This document shows positions 1-13,289 of a stretch of 64,000 nt of DNA, in pieces. The notes under the pieces are model-generated. The model was not told the DNA's origin. It was given only the letters and a program-made list of their open reading frames with translations, and made no database searches. How positions within the stretch are numbered: the stretch's first letter is position 1; the number at the start of each line of letters is the position of its first letter. Location of the stretch: assembly GCA_008632985.1 (NCBI GenBank), contig QPGO01000131.1:1-64000 (forward strand), written 5' to 3'. Origin of the DNA: Psammoneis japonica (taxonomy: Eukaryota). The translations under genes and the position numbers were made by a program.

Positions 1-203
1 TCATTGTGAATTAGTTTTTGGGTTGACAACAGCAGGTCGAATGGTGTCAACACAAAATTGATGATGTTCATTTTCAGCGGCGACGGCCATTGTTGCAGGT
101 GCTCCGTGTTGATGATGTTTGTGTGTTTGTGGTGGGAGCGAGAAACGGCCGTTTCCACGCAACGTGCAACGTGCGTGTTGCTCACTGCGATGCTGTGCAA
201 GCG

Positions 204-460
204 CCTGTGCTCCTGATGTTGTGAGCACTGGTGCTCGCTGCGCGCTGCGCTCCCAACTGCGCGCTGTGTGTTTTTACACAACACACGTATTCAAGCAAAG
301 ATGAGTCTGGAATCTATGATGACTTTTATATTTTTTTAATCAATTCTGAAAAGGTTGGGTAATGGCACTGTCTTTTGCAATCCTCAGGACAAGATAAATC
401 TGAATGCATGATGACCTGTGCTCCTGATGTGAGCACTGGTGCTGCGCCCAACTGCGCGCT
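204..460. repeat. Imperfect direct repeat (about 60 bp and about 46 bp copies) at the edge of a TpA-poor segment
   Basis: cctgtgctcctgatgttgtgagcactggtgctcgctgcgcgctgcgctcccaactgcgcgct (about 204-265) vs cctgtgctcctgatgtgagcactggtgctgcgcccaactgcgcgct (about 415-460). Confidence 0.8.
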
Positions 461-545
461 CAGCGCGAACCTCGTGACCACTCCTATCACTTCAGCCTTT
501 CAGCTTGGATTTGGCGGAGATTGGTAGCGCAGAAAAGATGGAAAA

Positions 546-3510
546 ATGGCGTCGTCTTGTCATAAGGAGAATTGGCGTGGACACCAACGTTTGATTCGCC
601 CAGTTGCAACGCAGTTCACCATCTTCCTGGTATTAATCTTTGTACTTGTATCATGCTATGGACTAGTAAACTTACCTTCAAGCGAATTGGTAAATCGACG
701 AAAGTCCCCCGCACTCTGGAGAGATGACTTGACCGTGTCGCACACAAAAGATTTTCCCCACCGCAAAGATCGTCCCATGCCAACTCGACCGCCTGAAATC
801 ATGTCACCCGTGGGCGGTTGGCCTCAGTTGCGCGCAGCAGTTGGGAATGGCGCAGATTCTGTTTATTTGGGGTTGAGCTCTTACAGTGCTCGAGCGAGAG
901 CTGCTAATTTCAATCCTTACGACGGAGAACTTCAGGAAGCGGTCGAGTTTGCCCATAGCGCTGGTGTCAAGGTGTACGTAGCACTCAACACTTTGGTATT
1001 TGATCACGAGCTCAAGAGTAGAGTCTTTGATTCACGCTGCAAATGACGCCGGTGTTGACGCTCTCATTATTCAAGACACGGGTATTGCCAGACTTGTTCG
1101 AGAAATTGCTCCAGAACTCGAAGTTCACGCTTCAACGCAGCAAACCATAACGTCAGCCGATGGGGCAGCCTTCGCTGCAGAACAATCTGGAGCAACTAGA
1201 GTCGTCTTGGGAAGAGAATTGTCTGTCAAGGAGATTGAGGCGGTGACGGACGAAATGGACATAGATAATGTAGAGGTGGAAGCCTTTGTTCATGGGGCCT
1301 TGTGCGTTTCATACTCTGGCCAGTGCTTTTCAAGCGAGGCATGGGGTGGACGGAGTGCCAATCGTGGGCAATGTGCACAGGCTTGTCGTCTTCCGTATGG
1401 TTTGATTGTAGATGGGGAATTGCGAGACTTGAAAGATATGCAGTATCTCTTGTCTCCTCAGGATCTCTGTGGCCTCGAGCAAGTTCCTGAATTGGTCCGT
1501 GCTGGAGTTTCTTGTCTCAAGATCGAAGGCCGGCTCAAGGATGAAGCTTATGTTGCAGCAACTACAAGAGCTTATCGAAATGCAGTAGATGAGGCTTGGA
1601 AAGAACTGACAAAGGATGATGTGAACAGTATTTCTGAGAGTACTCGTGCAGCCGCGCTCGAATCTGATGAGGTTGTAACAAAGGCAGAACTTGCACAACT
1701 GTTTTCTCGTGGACAAGATAAAGAACACGATGGACTGTCTCCTGGCTTTTTTGAGGGATCGCAACACCAAAGACTTGTTCGTGGGCGATCTCCGAGGCAT
1801 CGTGGTGTGTTTGTAGGCCGAATTGAAGAAGGTTCCTCTCCAAGAAACGGAATTTTTGTGTCTGGTGACGAAAAGACTCTTAGCAGTTTGAAGCGTGGTG
1901 ATGGCCTGGTCATTGATAGAGGTGAAGCAGAAGAGGTTGAGCTGGGAGGACCGATCTTTGATGTTCAACGCTCATCCAATGGCGTCGTGATTCGTTTTGG
2001 AAAGGAAGTCGAAAGGAAATGGAAGAAGACCGACGAAGCTTCAAGAAAGGGAATGGGAAGTCGCACCTCCCTCGTCCCCGTGGGTGCTTTTGTTTGGAAG
2101 ACAAGTGATGCTGAAGTTGATAAGAAGATGCGTCGACTGAGCGAGGCTGCACCGCCTCGAGCACTTGCCACGGTTAGTGTCTCTGGGAAAGACAAGGAAC
2201 CATTGCTTGTCAAAATAACCGACGTTGCGTCAGGACGAATTGGGGTTGGAACATCAGAAGGCGTACTCACACCCGCAAAAAAGGCAGGTTTAGCGGAAAA
2301 GGCAGTAAAGAAAGCTATCGGCACCCTGGGAAACACACGCTGGGCCATTCATGACGATATTGATATTAGTGGGTTGGAGGAAGGGTTGTGGTGCCCGGTT
2401 TCGTGGATAAAGGAAGCTCGTCGCCATGCCATTGAAGATTTAGAGAGAGGCTGTCACTCAGATTTTTCAGTCTCTACAAGAGAAAGGACCGACCCTGAAT
2501 CAAATGCTTACCTTCGACTGATTGGTGATGCAATAATCCCAGACGACCGAATGGCATCAGAAACACAGGTTTCCGTACTGGCTCGCACTTTCGAGCAAGT
2601 CAACGCTGTATGTTCCATGGTTGAACATGGTGATTCAGTCGATGAAATCATCGTTGATTTTCTAGAGATTGAGGGAATGAGAGAAGCAGTTGACAGAATC
2701 CGAAGAGCTGGTATCAAGGTTGTAGTGGCTAGTCCAAGAATAATCAAACCTGGCGAAGAAGGAATTTGGCGCACTTTACTTCGCCTTGAACCAGATGGAT
2801 TGCTAGTCCGGTCAGCTGGATTGCTCCACAGAATGGTCAAACTTGGTGGTGCTGGTGCATCAGTCGACGTCGGTACCGAAACCGACGTTGCCATCCCGGA
2901 GCTTCTTGGAGATTTTTCCCTGAATGTTGCAAACGCTTTGACGGCCTTGGAATTGCTGGACTCTGGGCTATCACGGGTAACGGCGGGATACGATCTTTCT
3001 GCAGAAGCTATTACGGAGCTTGCAAAATCAATGGGTCCGGGTGGGGCTAGACGATTGGAAGTAGTTGCGCATGCACACCTTCCGATATTCCATACCGAAC
3101 ACTGCGTCTTTGCGCGCTTCCTCTCCAACGGGAACTCATACTTGGATTGTGGCCACGCCTGCACCCGCTGCAATGTTCATTTGCGTGATCAGACTGGCTC
3201 AGACAACTTGGTGCTGGCAGATATGGGCTGCCGCAATACAGTCTTCACGGCTCAGGCGCAATCGGGCATCCATAGCATTGGAGAATGGGCAAAGGCTGGC
3301 GTTGGGAGAATACGTATCGAACTTGTCGATGAAGGACCGGCCGATTCCGAACAAATTGTTGGAGGATATCTTTCCGTTCTGTCTGGAAGTGAGCGACCAA
3401 GCGTTGTGTGGGATTCGCTCAAGCTGGTTAGAGACAGCAACGGCCGTGCAGCTGGGGTTTCTTTGGGGTCTTTGCGAAACGGGGTAGAAAGGAGAGCTGG
3501 TGAAATCTAA
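546..3510 (+). CDS. U32 peptidase-family protein (RlhA/TrhP-like RNA hydroxylation family) with a second C-terminal U32-like region; frameshift near 1015
   Basis: ORF 546-1046 (PEIMSPVG...GADSVYLG...ARARAANF...GVKVYVALNTL) continues in ORF 1000-3510 (HASTQ, RVVLGREL, EAFVHGALCVSYSGQCFSS, GRSANRGQCAQACRLPY, LSPQDL, LKIEGRLK). Restoring two G in 'aagagtagag' at about 1014-1023 gives FDHELKEVESLIH. Hydrophobic N-terminus. Confidence 0.85.
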
Positions 3511-3752
3511 AAAATGACTGCTTCAAAGGCAGACACTCTCCCGCAAATAAATTCGACTGGGACATACGAAACACTGTGATCAGGCACAATGCTCCCAGCT
3601 CCTGACTACATCACACCGAAAACAATAATCCAAAACTGAATTGTAATAAAAATAAAGTGTCATAATTCTATTGCATCCCCTACGTAATGCCAAAATCTAA
3701 CATTTTGCAATCCACGACATGCACACCGACAAAACGAGATCGTTCACGTCCC

Positions 3753-5303
3753 TTAAGCTGTGGGTGCGGCAGCTTTCTCGACGCTAGGAGAAGATTCCTC
3801 CTCAACGACGGCATCAGCAACGGGAGCAACATCACTAGCAACCCAATCCTTCATTGGTTCTGGAATAGATGTCGATGCTCCGTTTGCTGCAACTCGACTC
3901 CAAGCTTCGCTTTGTGAGCGAAGAGGAGTTCGTTCCACTGTGAAGTGGAATTTTGCCTCTGCAAAACGGTAAACGGGAGGGTGTGAGAGGATGCAGCCAG
4001 AAATCGAACCAACATCAACATTTTAAAAAACAAAAGGTTCAAAACATACCATCCAATAATTCTGAAAATTTGGGTCCAGTATTGATACCAGCTTCGGCAG
4101 CCTTCCTTCGCTCTTCTGGAGTCATTTTGGCAACATCATCAAGAGCATCCCAGTAGTCTGGCAATTCGATTTCGGAGGATTCGCTTGTAGTATGCCTTGA
4201 CAGCGAGTGATTGTGTCAGCGTAAATGCATTCGAGGTGAGCCAGTAAATGGTCAAACCGGCAGGCACCTGGAGCGAAAAGTATCCAATCATGAGTGGCAA
4301 AAACTTGAGTATCCGTTGCGACTTTTCAAACTGCTCCTTGTCCTCGTCAGACATGTCATCATCTGCGGTGGCGATAACACACTCATGGTGAAGCTCTGAC
4401 CCAAGACGAGAATAATCGGCATGATTAGGTAAGCAATGGTGGTTTCCCATCCAAGTGGCGGGGTTGGGGGAATGAACCATCCGATACCCACCCACTTGTG
4501 AGCCACTCCATTCCACGATAGGTGGGAGCAGTAACCGGACCTTCTAGAGACGGGATCCACAAGAATGGTTCCTGCAGCTTTCCATCCATAGCCAAGAGAC
4601 GGACACCACGGTACAGTCCAAGGAAAATAGGTAACTGAGCCAGCGATACTAAGCAACCCGACAAAGGATTTTGATTTGCATCCTCGTACAGCTTGGAAAT
4701 GGCCCGATTCTGTGAGTCCTTGTCATCCTTAAACTTTTCTCGAACTTGCTTAATGTACGGGTTGAGGGCCTTTCGATATTCGGCACTCTTGGACTGATTC
4801 ACAGACAGTGGGATCAAAAGAGAACGCATACCTGTTGTGACAGTATATTGCGATACAGCCGTTAGTACGCATACTCAGAAAAACAAAGAAAATCTATGAT
4901 TCCAACTTACCTGCTGTGAAAAGTGCAATCGAAATACCCCACGTTTGTGTAATTCCCACGCTTCTCAGAGGCTCATCAATCGTAGCATGCACAAAGGTCA
5001 GTGTGGCCTTGAAGATACTGAGATACGACTGCCACCATCCTGTTTGTTCCGTAGCGTCGGCGGCCGCGTCGGCTGCGGCATCCGCTAAAAGAGTCGACGA
5101 CGACGACAGAAAATGATGAACTCCATCCATAGCTGTAGCCATACTGTTGATCGCATCCACATGATCTGGTGAAACCACTGCCAAGGAAGTTTGGGGAGTT
5201 GCAGATTTCATTGGTGCGATCAAGGATGGTTTTGCCATGGGAGCAAAGGACGAAGCCAATGGCAGTATAGCTGCCGAGCCAGAAAAGAAGAAAGAACTCT
5301 CAT
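3753..5303 (-). CDS. ALB3: Plastid ALB3/YidC/Oxa1 membrane protein insertase; 3 exons (introns 4832-4910 and about 3959-4049), several apparent indel errors
   Basis: Presequence ...AILPLASSFAP; motifs WGISIALFT, QNRAISKLYEDANQNPLSGC, QLPIFLGLYR, EPFLWIPSLEGP, PPLGWETTIAYL, KFLPLMIGYFSLQVPAGLTIYWLTSN spread over adjacent frames; GT-AG introns visible. Confidence 0.9.
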
Positions 5304-5715
5304 TTTGAAACAAAATCTGCGCTCCTTCTGATTGAAATATCGGTTTGATTCAACTTCTTCTGCGTTCCAAGATTGCAAACGCCCAACACAGAGCAAGAAC
5401 GAGAGGAGACTTTCGACGTGAAGCAGCTGAATGATTCGTCGTTGGCACACAGGTTGTTTGCCAACATCTGAGAGGTTTTCATCACTCATCTCCCTCCAAG
5501 AGTTGATGGATACGTAGAATCTACGTGAAGTTTGTACTATGATTCTCAAGTTGAACTTTTTCAGTCGCCGTTGATTGCCACGAGGAACGGAGAATGGGTA
5601 ATGAGCCGAGAAAGATTCGAGAAGGGTTGAGTCGGACTAGTCAAACTTTCATCGGCTTTTGTGCGCGGTCTGTCATGTTCACACACAAAAAACACACCAA
5701 GCGACAGCCACCACC

Positions 5716-6857
5716 ATGAGCGAAAAAGAGCAAGCGACCGCCGCCGCCAAGACGGAGGAACAGCCACAAGAGGAGGAAAAGGCAGCAGAAGATGATGAGG
5801 AAGATCTAGAAAAGCTGCAAGCCGAGATTGCGCGAATGGAAGCCGAAGCAGCACGTATTGCAAAAGAGACGGAAGAATTGGAAAAAAAGAAGGCAGCAAA
5901 GACGGGGGATACTGCCGCGGCGGCACCAGCTGCGTCAAAGGATGGAAACGGAGCAGCAGCGTCAGCACAGAAACGAGATGGGTAAGGAATGTTGGAAGCG
6001 TTTCAATCAAGAGCGAGATATGTATCGATGCACAAAGCAAGCTCCAGCTGAGCACCGTTCCACGTTCGAGCTCTCCATAAGTTTTCATAATGTCTTTTCC
6101 GGGACTTGACGAGACGCCGAACGCTTTATTGCGGAAGAAGAAAACCGTATGGTTCTCGATTATCCGTTACTCACACCGCTTTGCAATTATGCTGGTTTAT
6201 TTCAGGTTCTCGATCTATGTTGGTCAAGTAGATTATTCAGCTACACCAGAGGAACTTCTTGCTCACTTTGAAGCGTGCGGGACTGTCGAACGGGTAACTA
6301 TTGTATGCGACAAAATGACGGGTCGTCCCAAAGGTGTGTGGATAGATTACCGTATTGTTGTTGAAAAATCTTTTGTGTTTTTTCTAGCGTCCTCTAACAC
6401 CTCAACAATAATCGTCTTATTCTCTGCAGGATATGCTTACCTTGAATTCCAGGTACGATATCAAACACTTTCTTCTGCAGTTCTTTTTGTCTTGTGTACT
6501 TGCGTATTCTGTGAAACAGCATGTCTTGCTAGTTCTTCATATGGACAACACGAGGCATTATGCTGGGGTTTTTGGTCGATACTGATTTGTTTGATCTTCT
6601 ATTTCCTTTTTTGTACTTACGCGCAGACTGAAGAGGCGGTCGAAAATGCTGTCAAGTTGGATGGTTCAACCTTCAAGGATCGACAGCTTAAAGTTACACC
6701 AAAGCGTGTGAATGAGCCTGGCTATTACTACAGCCAAGGAGGCAGGGGAGGCCGCGGACGAGGAGGCCGTGGTGGTCGCTTTGGTCGAGGACGGGGCCGT
6801 GGTTATCGAGGGGGGTATCGAGGAGGTGGACGGGGAGGATACCACCCTTACTACTAG
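5716..6857 (+). CDS. PABPN1: Nuclear poly(A)-binding protein 2 (acidic coiled coil, RRM, RGG tail); about 4 exons
   Basis: [90 protein letters not shown] repeats ending HPYY; introns from about 5982, 6333 and 6453. Confidence 0.9.
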
Positions 6858-7365
6858 ATATGCAGAAGATAAGCGCCAAGAAAGTGGCGCCTTTGTTTCA
6901 ATTATTGGACTGTGCAAGGTCGTCGCGAACCAGCCCTCAAGAACGCATTTCATTTCCTTTGACACCACAAGTTGATGCAAGTAGGTCTAGTTGTAAACTG
7001 ACTACTTAAAAATACTTTGTTGTTTATCTTCTTGAAATCAGCAGCTCACCTTTGACCTGGCTAGAGTCGTCATTGTCTTTACAATCCAGCACCACTCGTG
7101 CTTGAATCTGAAAAAATGAAAGTCGATGTTGTCCATGTTCTCCAATTTTGATAGTAATAACGATATGTAACCGCATCTTAATAAATTCATATAGAATTAT
7201 TGTTATTTAAGTATGTATATGGGTACCTGTCAACGGCCATCCGTTGTGTCATTTTGGAAGCTCGCGTGCGTGGTCGCTATTTTTTACGATTTTTTGACAC
7301 CACTCTTTTATTTTCGAGTCAGTCATTGCAGAGCACACAAACTACCGGCATCACACAGTGTCAAG

Positions 7366-9141
7366 ATGGCGACCGCCAGCGATGACGACGAAGGCAGCTT
7401 GACGCTGGATGAAGCTCTTGAGCCTGTAGCTGAAGAACCTGTGAAGAAAGGATCTAGTTCCAAAGTAGATCCTCCGCCGAAAGTCACCACAGACCCAGAC
7501 ACTGCAATGGCGTACTTTGGACCAAAAGCGGGTGACGTTGTTGGAGAGTACTCGTGCAAGCACCGCGATTTTCAGGGAACCCTCTTTGTCGCTTCTAAAG
7601 CTGTGTGCTTCCGCTCTACTGGTTTCTTTGGCATTGAGCAGTGCAAGATCATTGTGCCTTATGGAGAGGTCACGGGCATTCTCCACGATCACGCGCACGA
7701 TGATGCGATTATAGTCCGTACCGAGAAGAAAAGTGCGTCTGGGGTGAAGGAACGGTTCACCTTTACGTTTGGTGGACTTTGTGATCGCAATACAGTGTAC
7801 AATCTTGTTCTAGCAATCTACGAAAAGGCTGATCCAGTCTACTTTAAATCTATTCGGTTCCAAGACAGCGTATCGGTCCCACCCACTACGTACAATGGAA
7901 GGAGTTTGTCCGATACAGTGAGTGTTCGTAAGTCCATGATGAAACGAAAATCCTTAACCGTGACGTCGCCGATAGAGCTTGATAAAACTGGTAACGAGAT
8001 GGAAGCGTCGGAGCAGGACTATCTCGCGGCGTGCGCAGCCGCCGCAATGGCTGACTTTTCCAAGTCACAGATGATTCTTGTTCAGGAGATGCAGGCAGGA
8101 AAGTTGACGGACGCGGGGGAAGCAGCTGCTGAGAAGTACGGAAAAGAAATACCACAAGATTTAGGCCAGGCTTGGATAAATTGCCGTGACTGCTGTGAGC
8201 CTCCGTTTGAGAACATTGTCTATGAGGTAAGTTTCGTTTTACCAGCTGTTTTGGTCCCTACACAACACGCCAAGCTCATAACTTGCTTCTTCTTTTGATA
8301 CTCGCTGTTTGCGTTATAGAATGTATCTATGCCGTGCAGTCTCGATGAATTCTTTGATTTGTTCTTTTCTGATGGTGCTTCGCACTCCATGGCGGCCTTT
8401 CAGCAGCACGTCCAAGGTGATCTAGAGCTCGAAACTAGCTCTTGGACCCTTTCAGACGATGATGGGTTTTCTTTGTGCCGCAAGATCTCGTATTCACATC
8501 CTGTCAACGCTCCTATGGCTCCACCGTTCGCTCGGGCCACGAAAGAGCAGTGCTTTCGCAGGTATGGAGACAATGGCATTTGTCTCGAAACGCAAACCTA
8601 CGTCAACGACGTCCCCATGACGGATTGTTTCTTTGTGGAGGACCAAGTTTTGGCTGAACCTTCACCTGAGGGAGGAATATCGGTTACATCTCGTTTCGCT
8701 GTACGCTTTGTCAAGAGGACAATGTTTCGGAAGATCATTTTTAACACAGCTTCCTCGGAGTGCAAGTCGTTTTTCAAGCTGCATCATGAATTCATGTCCA
8801 AAGCCTTGTCTGCCGAAGCAACAACTTCAATTAAGAAGGAAATTGCAATCGTAGAAGAGGAGGTTGAAGGAGAAGAAGTCGTGTTGAAAAAAGAACCTCT
8901 TCTGGAGCACCAGACCCCTTCAAAGGTAGCAGAACCGTCCCTGGTTGTCGACATGAAATCCATACTTGTCATGGCTATTGTTGTCGCTGTGGTTTTCATG
9001 CAAGTGGGACTCATGTTGCAGATTCGTGATATGAACCAGACTATCTCACAAATGAACGAGAATCAAAACAAGGTGTTGGAGCTTATTGGCGAAGTGATCA
9101 AGTCAGGGGAAAATGTCCAAACGTGTAAAACCACAGAATAA
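7366..9141 (+). CDS. GRAM + VASt (StART-like) domain protein with C-terminal TM helix; intron 8227-8319
   Basis: GRAM-like YSCKHRDFQGTLFVASKAVCFRS; VASt-like CSLDEFFDLFFSD...HPVNAPMAP...DVPMTDCFFVED; hydrophobic ILVMAIVVAVVFMQVGL. Confidence 0.8.
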
Positions 9142-9441
9142 CTTTTGATGGGAGACTCTTGCTTGCAACGATAGCTAGAAATAGTTTAAAGGAATGAAGC
9201 GACCGAGAGCACTAGCTTTCCTTCAGTTTTAGCATATTTTATAATCGTCAACTTCTTCTCTCTAGTATCAATCGATCAAATAATGATGATGATCCGTGCG
9301 CCCTCGAGATGAACGTAGCCTAGTTCGCCAGTCTTCTCTTTCCATTCCATCTAGAGTGCGGTTTCACTCCTGAAATGCAATCGGACATGGCAACGCAGAT
9401 ACCGGTAGGTGCCAGGGAAGAACAGAACAAAGTGTTCGGCA

Positions 9442-10320
9442 TCATGTTGCTTGTTTACGTCGATTCTTCCATAAACCGCCGTACTGATAATCGGGATGAT
9501 CAGCATCCCCATCGACTACGCCACCACTCGCTACTTTCCAGCATGATCCACACACCATCTCGTACTCTGCCTTGCTACCCGCATGCTTGCAACGAATCAA
9601 CAGATCAACCGACTTTCCACACATGTCACATTCCTTTTGGCCAGCGGTGGGGTCTCCTCGTCCCTCTCGCTGAGCTCGCCGTTCCGCCTTGCGAGCTTTC
9701 TTTGCCGCTTTCCTTTCGGCTTTGCGGCGAGCGACGGGGTCATCTATTTCTATTTCTGTCGCTTCTACCGTACTGCTGTCAATATCTGATACTAGTGTGC
9801 CATCGAAGGTATTCTCGAAGTTAATCTGGTCTCCCATATTCTGAATTGATTGATTATGTTCTTTTGGTACATTGTCCAATGAGTCACTGTTCGGTTTATC
9901 TGCAAACTCTTCTTTCTTGGCTTTTTGTTTCGCTTCTCGTCTTTTACGATTGCAGCTCTTGCTGCACGTGGTCACTTCATCCCAACAGTTCTCCCATTTC
10001 TTTCGCCATGTAAAGGGTCGGCCGCAAGTGACGCAAACCTTCNCGGCAGGTTTCCTTCTTCACCCCTCTCATGGAGCTACCTCCACCGCGTGAAGATTGC
10101 TTTTGTTTCTACCTCTTGCCGCAATGGACGTTGACGAGAACGAAAATAAACCTTTTGAAAGATAGAAACCTACGAGCCTGGAGCTTTGAAGATGCAGCTG
10201 TGGAGGGAATCGCTGATGTGAATACACTTTTTGATGCAGGGAGCAAAACGCTTGGCTTATTCGGATGAAAGAGGAGGCTAAGCGAAATATCAAGAAAGTC
10301 GTCCCTGGGGGAAACCTCAT
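9442..10320 (-). CDS. DUF2256-like Cys-rich protein with a second C-terminal CxxC domain; frameshift and N near 10043-10055
   Basis: Minus strand reads [45 protein letters not shown], then [16 protein letters not shown]...[18 protein letters not shown]...[10 protein letters not shown]. Start either 10072 or 10320. Confidence 0.7.
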
Positions 10321-10790
10321 GGTGACTATCACTCTGCAGAGAATGAGCAGTTTGCCTTGATTCGGATGGAGGATAAATAGGGCCTACTTACTATGTGGTC
10401 CTTGCATTATCGTTGGAGTGAGTCAGTATTTTTTGTACGTGAAGCACACCCATTTTTGAGGTGAGTCAGTCACGATTCAGACAAAAACGTTTGATCGCGG
10501 ATTGTTCAATAGGTGGTCGCGAATTTAGTCGTGTAGCCGATCCAATGATGGTTGGTTTTTGGACAGTTTTTCTGTCGAAAAACATCATTCGGAATCGCAT
10601 TGCATGGCATGGCATAGAAGGATCTAGACTTGCTAGGAGTGTGAATCACATTGTACATTATCATCGTTGGAAACGAGTACCGCCATATTCCATATTCCGA
10701 ACTGAGAAGATCTACGTGTTTTGCTTGTCCCGTTGTCCTTCGCCCTCAATCGTTGTTGCGAGCCGCACTGTTGGTAGAAAAGTTTGTGAC

Positions 10791-11741
10791 ATGAAGGCGG
10801 CACCGACGAAGAAAGCGGCTACACTTGCCGAAACTACTCATGCTCGTGATATAGAAAAGGTCGAAAATCTTTCATGGGTCTTCCATAGCGAGGATTTCCT
10901 TTGCTCCGTAGTTGCCTTCCTTGATTGGAAAGAACTATGCGTGATGGATTTGGTGAGTAAGATGACCGCCGTGTGTGCCAGAAAAGCTTGGCAGTGGCAC
11001 GCGCAAAATCTTTCCTTAGGACGCTTGCAAGAAGAGGACGCAATGACTCCCAAGGATGCCGTTGTTGCGTTTACAAGATCAAAGCTATTGGCAGAGCAAA
11101 CGGAACGTCTTTGGCACACCCACATGCCGTTTCTGATGACGAATCGGAGAGTTCCGCTTGCTCGGGATGCATTCAAATGCCGTCCATGCTTTCCGTAGAC
11201 GCTGTATTCCGTCCGTCACACTACTTGTTCTTTGTTCGAATTGCGCAGCGAACGGAGGACGAAACGCACCATTTGTTCTGGCAAGGATTCTTGCCGTTTC
11301 AAATTGATGACGAGAAGCCGCATCTGATGCCGACATGTCGTCGTTGCATTACTTGTAATGTCCATCAAGTACTCGGCAGCGAGGTTACGACAAGTGGCAA
11401 AGTTTGAATGAGCTTCTTGTAGAGGACTGAGTTACGACGACTTTGCAATTCAAGAGGATTTCTTGTTGTTGGAGAACTTGGCAATAACCGTCACTGTATA
11501 TCCAAAGCGCAATGCACAGGTACCTGTTGGTGGGCCTCGTCTTTTGATTACCGCAGGAGAAGTGATGGAAACTTGCGGTGATTTAGATGAATTCGATGGA
11601 AGAGTCGAGTGGACTCTCAATTTTCAGAATGTCGCAACTCATGACCATTCTGCCCGCGGCATATTTGGCGCAATGTGTCTGTCCTGGTTCACCGAGAATC
11701 GTCAGCTTACAGATTTGGATGTGCTCTATTTTGTCCAGTAG
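10791..11741 (+). CDS. Hypothetical protein, possible F-box-like N-terminus, frameshifted
   Basis: Consecutive ORFs 10791-11198, 10973-11407 and 11463-11741; DFLCSVVAFLDWKELCVMDLVSK resembles an F-box helix. Confidence 0.4.
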
Positions 11742-11865
11742 ACAAGCCTATTTTGCACGTGCTTAGTTTCTATATTCTGCCTCAACATAATTCGGGTTAT
11801 AATTTGAAACTGAGCGTTCAGCCATGTGTAGTACAACGGGAAAGTTCAAACACCATTCTCTTCAC

Positions 11866-12983
11866 CTAATCTACTTGAATTTCTTTCGCATTTACTTTCG
11901 TGGGTAATATCCCTAGCTTGTCTGCTTTGAAGACTGTCGCTAGTACACTCTTTGAAATAGAAACAAAAAGCTTGACGGGAAAACTGAGACGCCAGTGGAA
12001 AAGAAAATGAAGTGCAAAGACAGTTCGATGGCAATAATTTTTTTTTCGCCTGCAGGAGGATCGAATGGATTTATTCGCCGAGATACTTTCCAAGCTCTTC
12101 GCCCATGCCATCCCAATCTTGAAAGCCGTGAAGCTCCTGAAACCACCGACTTGCACTCGCGCTAGTAACGTAACAAACATTAAACTTCACCGATGGCACG
12201 TCTTCGAAAACATCCATGAAAACGATTCCATTTCCCCCATGAGAGTGGATCCATGCCCATGCCCCTGCCATTCTGCGGCAGTTTCAAAGAGTTCAATAGT
12301 CGGGCCAACATTGTCCATTTCGCCGTTTTCGTAGGAGCAGAGAGATTTTGCAATGACCTTGTCACCTTTCTTGAGGGAGAAATGAGTGCCTAACCTGAAG
12401 CCTTCAGCGTCTCCGGTACCGGTACGTTGTATCACTGTTAGGTCGCCATCCTGAGTTATCACATCTTCCTTATCTTCTATGCGGGCAAGAGCAAAGTGCT
12501 CCCCTAGCTTGTCGACTAGTGATGCACCAGGCTCGGAAAGAAAGCGCAGCACAAGCCATCCATTGGCAGTAGCCATCCGGAGAATAGTTTCTTGTCCTTT
12601 CTTCACGTCGAGAGGTTCGTAGTATTTGTCTTCTAAGTATCTCCTTTCTTTTTCATCTTTACCTCCTGATTCTTTGGCATCCTCCTCTCCACTGCTGCAA
12701 TAACTGTCCACGTAGCCATCAGGAGGCACCATGCAGACAAAACCTTCACTTCTTACAATCTTTAAGGCAGTTATCAACGGATACACGTTCTCCTCTGGCC
12801 ACTTCTTTCCTTTTCCTGCAATCACGGTAGTCGGAGGCCCCATAAACGTAACTGCATTCTCCACAGGTTGAGGATCGGTTGGTCCGTTTCTGAGTAACCC
12901 CAATTCAGTTCGAAAGTGGCAGGTGTCGCGGATGTTGGATTTGCCACCCGTTTGGAAGTATCACGAGTCTTTGCAATTCCCAT
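11866..12983 (-). CDS. Hypothetical protein with a GNAT acetyltransferase-like motif A, frameshifted
   Basis: ORF 12187-12903 contains IELFETAAEWQGHGHGSTLM (QGxGxG acetyl-CoA loop); flanking ORFs in other frames extend both ends. Confidence 0.5.
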
Positions 12984-13289
12984 TGCCTCCTGCAAAACAA
13001 AAGGGAAATGACTCATAACTGCAATTGCACAACTGTATTAGAAACAGCGATATAATATCGAGAGAGGTTGAGGCGTTGACGCTCGCTAGCTAGAGGTATT
13101 AGCGAATCAAAAGTCAAAAGCAAACCAAAAAAAAAACGGAGACGCATCGCAGGCGCGCGGCAGATCCCGCAAATCGTTGATCACGAGATGTTTTTATCCC
13201 TGTCTCAGTGCGATCGCGAGCAATTGTTGATGATTTGACATCATGCTTGACTGCCAACTGCGGTGATGCGGGTAGACTAGACTCTAGAG

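Noticed and set aside
1010..10060. Frameshifts in the U32, ALB3 and DUF2256 genes read as programmed frameshifting, editing or pseudogenisation
   Set aside because: The breaks I examined are fixed by adding 1-2 bases to short homopolymers, the proteins are otherwise conserved, and an N occurs at 10043. Consensus errors are the simplest explanation; read-level checking is needed.
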